Below are positions 52,801 through 61,461 of a DNA stretch of 64,000 nucleotides, in pieces. Source of the DNA: Alphaproteobacteria bacterium (GTDB lineage Bacteria; Pseudomonadota; Alphaproteobacteria; SP197); assembly GCA_964291265.2 (NCBI GenBank), contig OZ219747.1, forward strand, positions 1,216,001 through 1,280,000, in the 5' to 3' direction. Made by a program: the position numbers and the translations under genes. The stretch's first letter is position 1. Each line of letters opens with the position of its first letter. The notes below the pieces were generated by a model. That model was not told the origin of the DNA and made no database searches. It saw only the letters and a list, made by a program, of their open reading frames with translations.

Positions 52801-53617
52801 TCGAGACCGCGAAGCCGGTTGCGTTGACGATCACCGCTGGCCGGAAGGTGGCCAGCGATTCCTCGACAAGGACGGCTGCTGCCGGATCCTTGAGGCTCTG
52901 GCTGTAGAGGGGCAGGGAGTTGATCCCTTCCTTCGCCAGGGCACGCACAAGGGCATCGACCGGCCGTGTGTCGCCGGCCTGGACCAGGGCCCGGTAGAAG
53001 TGGACAAGCGCCACGTCCCGTCCGTCGTCGATCCAGTGTCCGGGGAACGCGTCGCCGGTGACGTCTCCCTCGCCTGGCCAGTAATATCCCGCCCGCGGAA
53101 ACATCACGGGCGGTTCGGCTACCCCGTCATGACCCGCGAGCGCCGCTGCATGCACGAGGACGTTGTCGGCATTGTCCCGGCCTCCGTGAATGAGGTAGCC
53201 CCACAACCGGTCATAGTCGGCATCGCCCACGGTCGAAAGACGGCGCAGCTCCCCGTCCTGCCGGTCATCTCCGGGCAACAGGGCAAGCGCGATTCCGTGC
53301 CGTCTGGCGGTGGCGGTGATTTCATCGATGCCGTAGCGCCAGTAGGAGGCGCCGCCAAGCAGGCGGACAATGACCACGCGCGCCGGCACGATGATCGCCT
53401 CGACGTAGGTGTCCACCGACAGGTGGTGTCCGAGCTGGAGAATGTTGGCAAGGCGCACCGCGGGAGAGCCCGCGGGCCGGCGGGCCGCGGCCGCCGCCAG
53501 CATGGCAAGTTCCGTGTCGGCAGCGGAAAGAACGATGATGTCCCCCGGGGTCTGGCCGAGATCGAGAGCTTCCGTACCATCCGGGACAACGCCCGGCTGC
53601 GTGGTCAGCAGGTGCAT
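49886..53617 (-). CDS. cobN: Cobaltochelatase subunit CobN
   Basis: MHLL, LSAADTEL, ALPEVDGR, HLGKHGNLEWLPGK, PSGAPTRG...LPTGRNFYS, HGYKGAFE. Confidence 0.96.
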   Translation of the reverse strand: MHLLTTQPGVVPDGTEALDLGQTPGDIIVLSAADTELAMLAAAAARRPAGSPAVRLANILQLGHHLSVDTYVEAIIVPARVVIVRLLGGASYWRYGIDEITATARRHGIALALLPGDDRQDGELRRLSTVGDADYDRLWGYLIHGGRDNADNVLVHAAALAGHDGVAEPPVMFPRAGYYWPGEGDVTGDAFPGHWIDDGRDVALVHFYRALVQAGDTRPVDALVRALAKEGINSLPLYSQSLKDPAAAVLVEESLATFRPAVIVNATGFAVSSPGADRGPSPFDDADCPILQVVLSGEPLDTWQTRTRGLAPRDIAMNVALPEVDGRILARAISFKSPGPRLPETEINAVIHQPVADRVAWTAKLAASWVRLRRTPPRKRRVAIVLANYPGRDSRLANGVGLDTPASAATIVEAMKGAGYRVDGVPFDGAELIETLMAGPTNRRTGPTPRRSDVTLPLHIYHERFETLPMDVRETILQRWGEPETDPFVSDGLFHLGVHRWDNLAIGIQPTRGYDIDPATSYHDPALVPPHAYLAFYMWLSGPFDAHAVIHLGKHGNLEWLPGKALALSSSCFPEAAFAPLPHLYPFIVNDPGEGTQAKRRASAVIVDHLTPPLARAGAYGELETLERLVDEYYEASQIDPRRLDVIATDILELLASSGLEEDCGITGADDMEAKLTKLDGHLCEIKELQIRDGLHIFGRSPEGSLANSSLVALARAPRGDGRGAGQSITRALAHDLALDFDPLDMAPAVPWSGRRPDVLAALDAKPWRTTGDTLERLESLALALVDGSISPDPSWSSTARVMDDVENRLRPALQVCGAHEINGLLAGLDGSFVEPGPSGAPTRGRPEVLPTGRNFYSVDTRSVPTPAAWRLGWMSANRLVERHLQDHGEWPRAVALSAWGTATMRTGGDDIAQALALMGVQPSWDTVSGRVTGYEIMPAGVLGRPRVDVTLRVSGFFRDAFPSLIDLVDTAARAVAELDEPANVNPLAAMVRDETAGAGKNSFQHAATRVFGSMPGAYGAGLQALIDGGGWDERDDLARAYVAWSGFAYGAGAEGEAAHSLLETRLRHVEAVIHNQDNREHDLLDSDDYYQFEGGLAAAVRRVSGRQPAVYHNDHSRPENPRIATLKEEIARVVRGRVVNPRWIAGVMRHGYKGAFEMAATVDYLFGFAATTGAVPGHHFDAIADAWLDNTEIRAFLDRANPEALTDIAGRLHEAFRRGLWTPRRNSTIHALETLLGERDIP

Positions 53618-54660
53618 CAGGTTGTCCGGCCACCAACGTCACTGGCGATGGCGTGCCGGTCCATGCCATTGAGACCGATCACGACAAGCTCGCTGCGCCT
53701 CTCCTCGTCCGGTTCCCAGGGCCGGTCATAATACCTCTCGATGCGTGGTCCCACGCCCTGGATGACGTGGCGCATGGGTTTGCCGGCAACATGGAGGAAG
53801 CCCTTGATGCGCAGGATGTCATGCTGCTCCACCGCCGCAGCCAGTGAACTCTCCAGGGCACCGGGATCCGTGATGCTGTCGAGAGCGATGGTGAAACTCG
53901 TGAAATCGTCGTGATCGTGATCGTCTTCCGCCCCGTCATGGTGGGAGGGACGGTTGGCCAGATCATCCTCCGCAGCGGCGCCGATGCCGAGCATGGCCAG
54001 GGGATCGACGGCACCTCCGGATGCGGCAATCACCCTGGTTCCGGGTCTGCGATGGGTGTCCACGGTCCGGCGCACCGCGCACAGCAGAGTGTCGTCGACA
54101 AGGTCCGTCTTGTTGAGGACGACCACGTCGGCACTCAGGACCTGTTCCTCGAACACCTCCGCGAGGGAGCTCTCGTGGTCAAGGCTGGCATCGTCGCGGC
54201 GCAGACGGTCGACAGCATCCGGGTCGTCGGCAAATCGACCGTCCGCCACGGCCCTTGCATCGATCACCGCGATGACGCCGTCGACGGTCACCCTTGTCTT
54301 CACCTCGGGCCAGGTGAAGGCCTTGATCAGGGGTTTGGGCAGGGCGAGTCCCGACGTTTCGATGATGATGTGCTCGGGGGGCAGGGAGCGCTCGATCAGT
54401 GTGCGCATCGTTGGCACAAAGTCATCGGCAACGGTGCAGCAGATGCAGCCGTTGGCGAGTTCGACGATGTCGTCGTCGGGACAGGACTCCAGTCCGCAGC
54501 CTCGGATCAGCTCCCGATCCACTCCGAGATCCCCGAACTCGTTGATGATGAAGGCGAGCCGGCGTCCGGTTGCGGCACCGGCCAGATGCCGGATCATGGT
54601 CGTCTTGCCGGATCCCAGGAAGCCGGTGAGGACGGTGGCAGGAATCTTGGCGGCAAACAT
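53617..54660 (-). CDS. cobW: Cobalamin biosynthesis GTPase CobW
   Basis: TGFLGSGKTT, NEFGDLGVD, GCICCTVADDF, ETSGLALPKP, His/Asp-rich loop, LRIKGF; alternative start 54696. Confidence 0.94.
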   Translation of the reverse strand: MFAAKIPATVLTGFLGSGKTTMIRHLAGAATGRRLAFIINEFGDLGVDRELIRGCGLESCPDDDIVELANGCICCTVADDFVPTMRTLIERSLPPEHIIIETSGLALPKPLIKAFTWPEVKTRVTVDGVIAVIDARAVADGRFADDPDAVDRLRRDDASLDHESSLAEVFEEQVLSADVVVLNKTDLVDDTLLCAVRRTVDTHRRPGTRVIAASGGAVDPLAMLGIGAAAEDDLANRPSHHDGAEDDHDHDDFTSFTIALDSITDPGALESSLAAAVEQHDILRIKGFLHVAGKPMRHVIQGVGPRIERYYDRPWEPDEERRSELVVIGLNGMDRHAIASDVGGRTT

Positions 54661-54739
54661 GTCAGTACGGCGACGATGAGAAACGTGAGCGGACATCTGC
54701 CCCTCCCTCCGAGGTGTGCAGGCCTGTTGTGCCGGAACG

Positions 54740-54925
54740 GGTGAGATCTCCTGACTCCGGGTCATCGATCCAGGGACTCCTTCCCGGCACCACGTGCCAG
54801 TGGATGTCGTGTCCCGTGTCTCGCCGTTACAGTTGCGGGGGCAGTGCCGGCCTTGGATCCACCGATCCGCACCGGCTTCCCTCGCCTCGTTCCAGGAAGT
54901 CGAACCTAGCAGGCGTGCAGGGGCG
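54740..54925 (-). promoter_or_regulatory. Cobalamin (AdoCbl) riboswitch
   Basis: Minus strand: AGGGAAGCCGGTG...CCGGCACTGCCCCCGCAACTGTAA...CCACTGG...CCGGGAAGG...AGTCAGGAGA, upstream of cobW. Confidence 0.92.
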
Positions 54926-54945
54926 GGACAAGCCGGAGCAGTCAA

Positions 54946-55563
54946 TCACCGTGGCGAACTCCCGGGTTGCGAAGCCGGAGTCGGGTTTTTTGCACTGTCC
55001 GCAGGCGGGCCCTTGAGTGTGAGGGGAAGACCGGCCGCCACGAAGATGACGCGTCCGGCCATGGCGCCGATGCGCTGGTGCATGGTTCCCGCCTCGTCGC
55101 GGAACATGCGGGCCAGGGCGTTCTCCGGAACGATTCCCATTCCCACTTCGTTGGACACGAGGACAACCTGGCCCTCGGCCCTGCCGAGTGCACGAAGAAG
55201 GTCGTCGACATCCCGCTGGGGAGAGCGTCCGGCTGCCATGACGTTGGCGAGCCACAGGGTCAGGCAGTCGACAAGCACGGCCCGGCTGGATGATGTCGCG
55301 TTGTCGAGAGCGTCTGCCAGGCGGAGGGGCGCCTCGACGGTCACCCATGCATCGCCGCGTCGGCGCCGGTGCCTGCGAATGCGTTCTGCCATCTCCGCAT
55401 CATGAGCTTCGGCAGTGGCGATGTAGCAGGTGGAAAGCCCGGTGGCCTCGACCTGACGTTCGGCAAACAGGCTCTTGCCGGAACGTGCACCACCGAGCAC
55501 CAGGCAGACACTGGAGTTGCCCTGGCAGGATGATGGCGTGTTGAGGTCCGATGCGTCCGACAT
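54946..55563 (-). CDS. cobU: Adenosylcobinamide kinase/guanylyltransferase CobU/CobP
   Basis: LGGARSGKS, EMAERIRRHR, VDCLTLWL, VSNEVGMGIVP, AAGLPL. Confidence 0.94.
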   Translation of the reverse strand: MSDASDLNTPSSCQGNSSVCLVLGGARSGKSLFAERQVEATGLSTCYIATAEAHDAEMAERIRRHRRRRGDAWVTVEAPLRLADALDNATSSSRAVLVDCLTLWLANVMAAGRSPQRDVDDLLRALGRAEGQVVLVSNEVGMGIVPENALARMFRDEAGTMHQRIGAMAGRVIFVAAGLPLTLKGPPADSAKNPTPASQPGSSPR

Positions 55564-55687
55564 ACGGGGATCACTTCAAGGTGGCTCGAAGGTGTTCAAT
55601 GGGCGAACCTCACAGTCCCTGTCAAACCGTCTTGCGGGAGACGTTGCCGGAGTGCCATCGTGACGGGAGCACACAGGAGAGTGCCCG

Positions 55688-56251
55688 ATGGCGGCAGCAG
55701 GTCTCGTCGAGATTGCACCCCCTTCATGGGATGTCACGCTTGATCTCGTTTACGGCCGGCCGGACAACTTCACGGGCAAGGTGATCTATGCCCGTCCTCG
55801 CTGTTTCCTCGTGGGCGCTGCGGCAACCTGTCTCGATCGCGCCATATCGTTCGCTGGCGAACAGGGACTGCGCCTTGTGGTGACCGATGCCTTCCGCCCC
55901 TCGGAGGCCCAGTGGAGTCTGTGGGACCATACGCCTGATGACAGATTCCTCACCCATCCCGAACGCGGCTCGCCCCACAGCCGTGGCGTGGCCGTCGACG
56001 TCACGCTCGAGTCCGCCGCTGGCGCGCGCCTTGACATGGGCGGGCCCGTTGACGACTTGACGGAGAACGCGCGTCACGATGCACCGGGCATCACGTCCGG
56101 GCAGCGAGCCAACCGGCTCCTGCTTCTTGGCATCATGACGGCGGCAGGGTTCGACTGGTACAATGTCGAGTGGTGGCATTATCAGTTGTTCGATTCGCGC
56201 CGCTGGCCGGTGCTGTCGGACAGCGAGGCCGGAACCGGCATCATGTCCTGA
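55688..56251 (+). CDS. ddpX: D-alanyl-D-alanine dipeptidase (VanX/DdpX)
   Basis: DAFRP, SPHSRGVAVDVTL, EWWHY. Confidence 0.92.
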   Translation: MAAAGLVEIAPPSWDVTLDLVYGRPDNFTGKVIYARPRCFLVGAAATCLDRAISFAGEQGLRLVVTDAFRPSEAQWSLWDHTPDDRFLTHPERGSPHSRGVAVDVTLESAAGARLDMGGPVDDLTENARHDAPGITSGQRANRLLLLGIMTAAGFDWYNVEWWHYQLFDSRRWPVLSDSEAGTGIMS

Positions 56252-56303
56252 CCGTTTCCGGCCGGTTGATCGTCTTGTGTGCTCAAGGCATGCGGAGACT
56301 GCC

Positions 56304-57359
56304 ATGCGATGTGTACGAATGCTCGCCCTGACGGGGATCATGTGGTGGGGCGCGATGGCATGCACGGGCGCCGTCGTGCCGCCGCTGCCGGTCATGGCGG
56401 ATGAACCGCAGTCCGCGGTGGTGGTCGTCTATCATCGGTTCGGCGACGACGCCTATCCCTCGACCAGCGTCACCATGGAACAATTCGAACAGCACCTCGC
56501 CATTCTCGAGGAGGGTGGATACCGGGTCCTGCCCCTCGACGAGATTGTCAGGGGCCTTGCAGGGGAACGCGAGCTTCCCGACAGGGCCGTCGCCATCACT
56601 GTCGATGACACCGACCGGTCCATCCTCACCGAGGCCATGCCGCGGTTGCTGGACCGGGGATTCCCCTTCACCGTCTTCATCAACACCGATGCGGTGAACA
56701 ACTCCCTGTCGTCGATCAGCTGGGATGATGTCCGGGCCATGCACGAGGCCGGAGTCGCCATCGGTGCCCAGAGTGCCGGTCATGGCCACATGGCGTTCAT
56801 GGACCGCGGCAGGGTCGAGGAAGACCTGGCGCGCATGACATCGGATTTCATCAATCAACTGGGGTTCGTGCCGAAGCTGTTCGCCTATCCCTACGGAGAA
56901 TTCAGTTCGGAACTGGCGGCCATGCTCCGCGATGTCGGCTACGACGCCGCCTTCGGCCAGCACTCCGGCGTTGCCGTCGAGGGGGCGGACATGTTCGCCC
57001 TGCCACGCTTTGCCCTCAACGAGCGCTTCGGCACACCGGAGAGGTTCAGCACCATCGTCGAGGCGCTTCCTCTTCCCGTCACGGGCTCTCTTCCGCTGGA
57101 CATGGTCATTCGCCACAACGGTTCCAACCCGCCCCACATCGGGTTCACGGTCGCCGACCATGTCGGCCCTCTCGACCGGCTGGCCTGTTTCCCGTCACAC
57201 GGCGAGGTCGTGCTTGAGACCCTCGGCAGGCGGGTCGAGGTGCGCCTCGACAGACCCCTCCCCCAGGGTCGCAATCGCATCAACTGCACCCTGCCGGCAA
57301 CCGAGGGGCGCTTTCGCTGGCTGGGCATACCGTTTCTCGTTCCAGGCGGTGAGGAGTGA
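56304..57359 (+). CDS. Polysaccharide deacetylase family protein
   Basis: VYHRFG, AITVDD, FAYPYGE, AFGQHSG, LPRF; start uncertain. Confidence 0.87.
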   Translation: MRCVRMLALTGIMWWGAMACTGAVVPPLPVMADEPQSAVVVVYHRFGDDAYPSTSVTMEQFEQHLAILEEGGYRVLPLDEIVRGLAGERELPDRAVAITVDDTDRSILTEAMPRLLDRGFPFTVFINTDAVNNSLSSISWDDVRAMHEAGVAIGAQSAGHGHMAFMDRGRVEEDLARMTSDFINQLGFVPKLFAYPYGEFSSELAAMLRDVGYDAAFGQHSGVAVEGADMFALPRFALNERFGTPERFSTIVEALPLPVTGSLPLDMVIRHNGSNPPHIGFTVADHVGPLDRLACFPSHGEVVLETLGRRVEVRLDRPLPQGRNRINCTLPATEGRFRWLGIPFLVPGGEE

Positions 57360-57507
57360 GCGGGCCCGCCGTTCAAGGAAGTTCAACCGGCGGGACTGCG
57401 CGGTGATCTCAGCTTGAGCCCTGCTCCGGCGCCACGGCAGGGACGACCGGTCTCCCGTCCCTGGGCGAAGGGGGCGCTGTCGGGCGACGATGGTCCGCAG
57501 GCAGCGG

Positions 57508-58416
57508 TCAGGCAGTGAGGGCGACGAGGCGTGCGGTGTCGAAATCGGTCAGGCGGTTCTGGTCGATCACCGTGTGAACGTGGTTGATGTACTCCGGTTC
57601 CTCGGCATAGCGGTCGAGCATGCTGGCAAGGGCGTGACTGTCGAGGGGCTCACCGTTCTGCCGCAACCTGGCGCGCAGGTCGCGGAACGCTGCGTAGGCA
57701 GAGTGACAGTTGAGATTGTATGCATAGGCGGCCACTGCCGCCCTGAGATCGCGGAACGACCGGACCACGTAGGTCTTGTCGGGATCGCGGTTGCGGGGTA
57801 CGAGGCCGGCGTGGATGTTCCAGGCCTTCTGGCCGAAGACGGCATTGCCGTTGCGGGCGAATCGTGATGTTCCCCAACCGGATTCGATGGCTGACTGGGC
57901 CAGGGCCAGAGAAACCGGAACGACATCGACCCGATGAAGAAGTGCGCCGATGTCGCCGCTCTCGACCCCGTAGAGCGAAGCCATGGAATCGAGCCAGACC
58001 ACATCGTGAGGGGAAAGGGGGGCGCCAGTCCCGACCACCTGATCGAGATGTTCGAGACGGTGGCGTTCGGCGAGGATGTCCTCGTTGACCTTGAGGATCA
58101 GCGGCAACATGACCTTCAGGAAGATCTGCTTGCGCGCGGCGACATCGTCGATGAGGTGCATGTCGGCCGGCATGCGCTTCACCAGGATGCGGGGGACGGC
58201 AATGGCCTTAAGACGGATCTCGTCGAGCCTGAGGCCGGCCGTCGACAGCGCCGTGTCGAGGGAGGCGACGGCGCCACCAAGGTCCTGCACGACCGCAAGG
58301 GCGAGCGGACGCTCGGACGGGTGTGGCACCGTCGTGGCTGAGCCCTCGGACTCGGCGATGGCAGGGCTCGACGTCAGGAACGCAGCGCACACGCAGACTG
58401 TGGGGAAGAATCTCAT
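57508..58416 (-). CDS. Glucosaminidase-domain (Bax-like) protein
   Basis: Signal peptide; VPVSLALAQSAIESGWGTSRFA..GNAVFGQ, NLN.H.AY. Confidence 0.87.
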   Translation of the reverse strand: MRFFPTVCVCAAFLTSSPAIAESEGSATTVPHPSERPLALAVVQDLGGAVASLDTALSTAGLRLDEIRLKAIAVPRILVKRMPADMHLIDDVAARKQIFLKVMLPLILKVNEDILAERHRLEHLDQVVGTGAPLSPHDVVWLDSMASLYGVESGDIGALLHRVDVVPVSLALAQSAIESGWGTSRFARNGNAVFGQKAWNIHAGLVPRNRDPDKTYVVRSFRDLRAAVAAYAYNLNCHSAYAAFRDLRARLRQNGEPLDSHALASMLDRYAEEPEYINHVHTVIDQNRLTDFDTARLVALTA

Positions 58417-58473
58417 GGATTCTCAGACTTTCGCGAAGGCAAGGAAGATGAAGCAGGCCGACCCGGTGGTGAG

Positions 58474-59022
58474 CTAGAGAACCGGGCGGACCTCCACGAC
58501 ATCGGGGATGTAGTGCTTCAGGAGGTTCTCGATGCCCATCTTGAGGGTCATTGTCGAGCTTGGACAACCGTGACAGGCGCCCTGCATGGTGAGCGAGACG
58601 ACTCCGTTCCGGTATGAATGGAACACGATGTCGCCGCCGTCCTGGGCAACGGCGGGCCTCACCCTGGTATCGAGAAGTTCCTTGATCTGCGCCACGACCT
58701 CGCTGTCGGCCTCATCGCCCGCCGGTTCGTCCATGCGGACGGACATGACGGGAACGCCGGTCACGAAGTGCTCCATGATGACACCGAGGAGGACCGGCTT
58801 CATCATCTGCCAGTCGTTCTCCGGCGATCGTGTCACGGAGATGAAATCCCGGCCGAGAAACACGCCGGCCACACCGGCAACGTCAAAGAGACGACGAGCC
58901 AGTGGTGACACGCCGGCGGAATCGGAATCCGGAAAGTTTGCGGTTCCCGTGTCCATGACTGTCCTTCCGGGAAGGAACTTCATGGTCAGCGGATTGGGTG
59001 TGTCTTCTGTCTGGATGAACAC
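58474..59022 (-). CDS. nfuA: NifU/NfuA-type Fe-S scaffold
   Basis: FIQTEDTPNP..MKFLPG, RVRPAVAQDGGDI, GACHGCPSS; GTG start. Confidence 0.9.
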   Translation of the reverse strand: MFIQTEDTPNPLTMKFLPGRTVMDTGTANFPDSDSAGVSPLARRLFDVAGVAGVFLGRDFISVTRSPENDWQMMKPVLLGVIMEHFVTGVPVMSVRMDEPAGDEADSEVVAQIKELLDTRVRPAVAQDGGDIVFHSYRNGVVSLTMQGACHGCPSSTMTLKMGIENLLKHYIPDVVEVRPVL

Positions 59023-59159
59023 GGTTCGAGCCCGTTCTTGTGTTCCCTTGATCTGCATAGTGGCGAATTGCCCGCAGGATTGCAAGGCTGGGGGGCGCGA
59101 CCATCACTGCTTGCGCCTCCCGGGAGCCGGGATTGGGCCGAGCGCCGCCGGTCATGCTG

Positions 59160-59666
59160 TCACGTGATGTTGATGATGTCCTCGTCGGAGATGGTGCCCG
59201 GAATGATGACGAGCGGGATGGCAAGGCGCCCGGCGAGATGTCCGGCGAGCCAGGACACCAGCTTTCCGCGGCCTTCCGCAGGGTTCGAGCCGACGCACAG
59301 GAGGTCGATCATCGGGTCGTCATCGACCGCGCTCAGGATCTCGTCGCCAATGCGGCCCTCGCGCACGAGAAGTTCCGGCATCACGCCCGCCCAGGAGTTG
59401 ACATCCTGCGCGAGTTCGTTGAGCAGCGCCTCGGCGGCCTCGAGCTGCTCCTCGCGCATCATGTGCTCGACACCGGACCACTGCCTGAAATCCACCGGCT
59501 GCACGACGTGGAGAAGCGCCACCCTTCCATGGGTGTTCTTGGCCCGGCGGCAGGCATAGTGCACCGCCACCCGGCTCGGCGGCGAAGCATCGACGCAGAC
59601 CAGGAACTTGACCTGCCCGGCGACATGTCCGGGACGCTCGGCGTCCCTAGGTGTGGTTCCGCTCAT
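59160..59666 (-). CDS. Universal stress protein
   Basis: KFLVCVD...A..YA...VREG...PLVIIPG. Confidence 0.85.
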   Translation of the reverse strand: MSGTTPRDAERPGHVAGQVKFLVCVDASPPSRVAVHYACRRAKNTHGRVALLHVVQPVDFRQWSGVEHMMREEQLEAAEALLNELAQDVNSWAGVMPELLVREGRIGDEILSAVDDDPMIDLLCVGSNPAEGRGKLVSWLAGHLAGRLAIPLVIIPGTISDEDIINIT

Positions 59667-59688
59667 CGTGGTCCAGATTGTGCCACGA

Positions 59689-60426
59689 TCAGGTCCGCCG
59701 GAACAGCAGGTTGCCGGCGAGGCCGGCGATGACGGCAGCGACCACGGCGGCTACGCCGTAGAACTCGGACTCGCGATGGGCAAAGTTGTAGATCTCGGCG
59801 CCGAAGCCGGCCCTGGAGATGATCAGTGGTGACGATTGTGCCGCTACCACGTTGCCATCGCGTATCAGGAAAGTGTCCGCGGCATAGGTGCCCACGGGGA
59901 TGTCCGCCGGAAGGGCGATGGTGGCGCGGAACAGCCGGCCGCCGGCGAGGCTCACGGTGCTCGGCTCCACCGGGTAGAGCCCTTCCGACTGTTTCAGTTC
60001 GATCAGCGCCGCGCGGAATTCGTCGCGCACGAAGGGTTCCATGTCGGCAGGTTCGAGTCGCAGTCCGTCAATGCCGATCTCCATGACCCGGCGCATGTCG
60101 GCATCGACAATCTCTCCGAGCGGGCGTGTCGACGCGAGGCCGTAGAAGGCGGGAACGGACCTGAAGACAGCCGATTGTGCATTGATCCAGATGCCGAAGA
60201 CCGGCGCCTTCCTGCGGACCACCACCTCCTGGCGCGGTCCGCGAATGACAACCACGATGTCGCCCTCGCTCTCGATCGCTCCGAACACGAGGATCTCGGT
60301 TCCGGCAAAGTCGGCGGTAATGCCGATGGCATGGTGTGACAGACCCGCCATGACGTCCTGGGCGGTCGCCTTGCCGGGTTCGGCAGAGACCGCTGCCAGG
60401 AGCGCAAGGGCCGCCAGGCGTTTCAA
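59689..60426 (-). CDS. TIGR02186 family membrane protein
   Basis: ITADFAGTEILVFGA, VVRRK..VFGIWIN, LFRATIALP; TTG start overlaps the TauE stop. Confidence 0.82.
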   Translation of the reverse strand: MKRLAALALLAAVSAEPGKATAQDVMAGLSHHAIGITADFAGTEILVFGAIESEGDIVVVIRGPRQEVVVRRKAPVFGIWINAQSAVFRSVPAFYGLASTRPLGEIVDADMRRVMEIGIDGLRLEPADMEPFVRDEFRAALIELKQSEGLYPVEPSTVSLAGGRLFRATIALPADIPVGTYAADTFLIRDGNVVAAQSSPLIISRAGFGAEIYNFAHRESEFYGVAAVVAAVIAGLAGNLLFRRT

Positions 60427-61346
60427 TGGAACCCCGTGGGCGACAGGGTGTAGAGACGAGCCGGCTCGGCCACCAGGCGCCACAGCAGGGTCACGCAGAC
60501 GCCCAGCACGACAAGGGCCAGAAGCCCGCGCAGTTCCTCGCCACGCAGCTCCGCACCCACCCTGGTGCCGAACTGCGCGCCGAACACGGCCCCCAGTGTC
60601 AGGATGCCGGCCAGCATGACATCGACGGTCTGTGTGCTCGTGGCGTGCAGGAATGTCGCCGTGGCCGTCACGAAGGTGATCTGGAAGAGCGATGTGCCGA
60701 TGACGACACCGACCGGCATGCCGAGCAGGTAGATCATGGCGGGCACCAGGAAGAAGCCACCGCCCACACCCATGATGGCTGCGAGGATGCCGATGATGAA
60801 ACCGAGCATGATCGGCAGCACGGCGCTGATGTAGAGCCTGGATGTGCGGAAGCGCATCTTGAAGGGCAGCCCATGGCCCCAGTGGTGGACATGGGCCTTG
60901 CGGCGCACGTTCGTGCCGCCGCGCCGGCGCAGGATGGCGCGCAGCGATTCCACCATCATCAGTGTTCCGATGGAGCCCAGCATGACGACGTAGGAGATCG
61001 AAATCACAAGGTCGATCTGGCCGATCTGACGCAGGATGCCGAACAGCCACACACCGAAGATCGAACCGAGCACACCACCGGCGATGAGGACGCCGCCCAT
61101 CTTGAAATCGACCTGGCGGCGCCGCCAGTGCGCCATGAAACCCGAGACCGACGCCGCCACCACCTGGTTCACCTCGGACCCCACGGCCACCGGGGGCGGA
61201 ACGCCGATGAAGATGAGCAGGGGAGTCATCAAGAATCCGCCGCCGACTCCGAACAGGCCTGACAGGAAGCCGACCGCACCACCCATGCCGAGCAGGAGAA
61301 AGATGTCCACGGACATCTCCGCAATCGGCAGGTAGATCTGGAACAT
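60423..61346 (-). CDS. Sulfite exporter TauE/SafE family protein
   Basis: QIYLPIAE, GLFGVGGGFLMTP, MGVGGGF, GTSLFQI. Confidence 0.9.
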   Translation of the reverse strand: MFQIYLPIAEMSVDIFLLLGMGGAVGFLSGLFGVGGGFLMTPLLIFIGVPPPVAVGSEVNQVVAASVSGFMAHWRRRQVDFKMGGVLIAGGVLGSIFGVWLFGILRQIGQIDLVISISYVVMLGSIGTLMMVESLRAILRRRGGTNVRRKAHVHHWGHGLPFKMRFRTSRLYISAVLPIMLGFIIGILAAIMGVGGGFFLVPAMIYLLGMPVGVVIGTSLFQITFVTATATFLHATSTQTVDVMLAGILTLGAVFGAQFGTRVGAELRGEELRGLLALVVLGVCVTLLWRLVAEPARLYTLSPTGFH

Positions 61347-61461
61347 GGCAGTGGTCGCTGGCTAACGGCGTCCTGCCCCTTGTGCGCCTGCCTGCTGCCG
61401 GAGACAAGGGACGCGGGCAAGAAAATGTCCGTTTGCCAGTGTCGTGCGCCCTGACGGTCCT

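Noticed and set aside
57438-57463. Hairpin cagggacg/cgtccctg between convergent genes
   Set aside because: Plausible ordinary terminator stem without a U-tract; not distinctive
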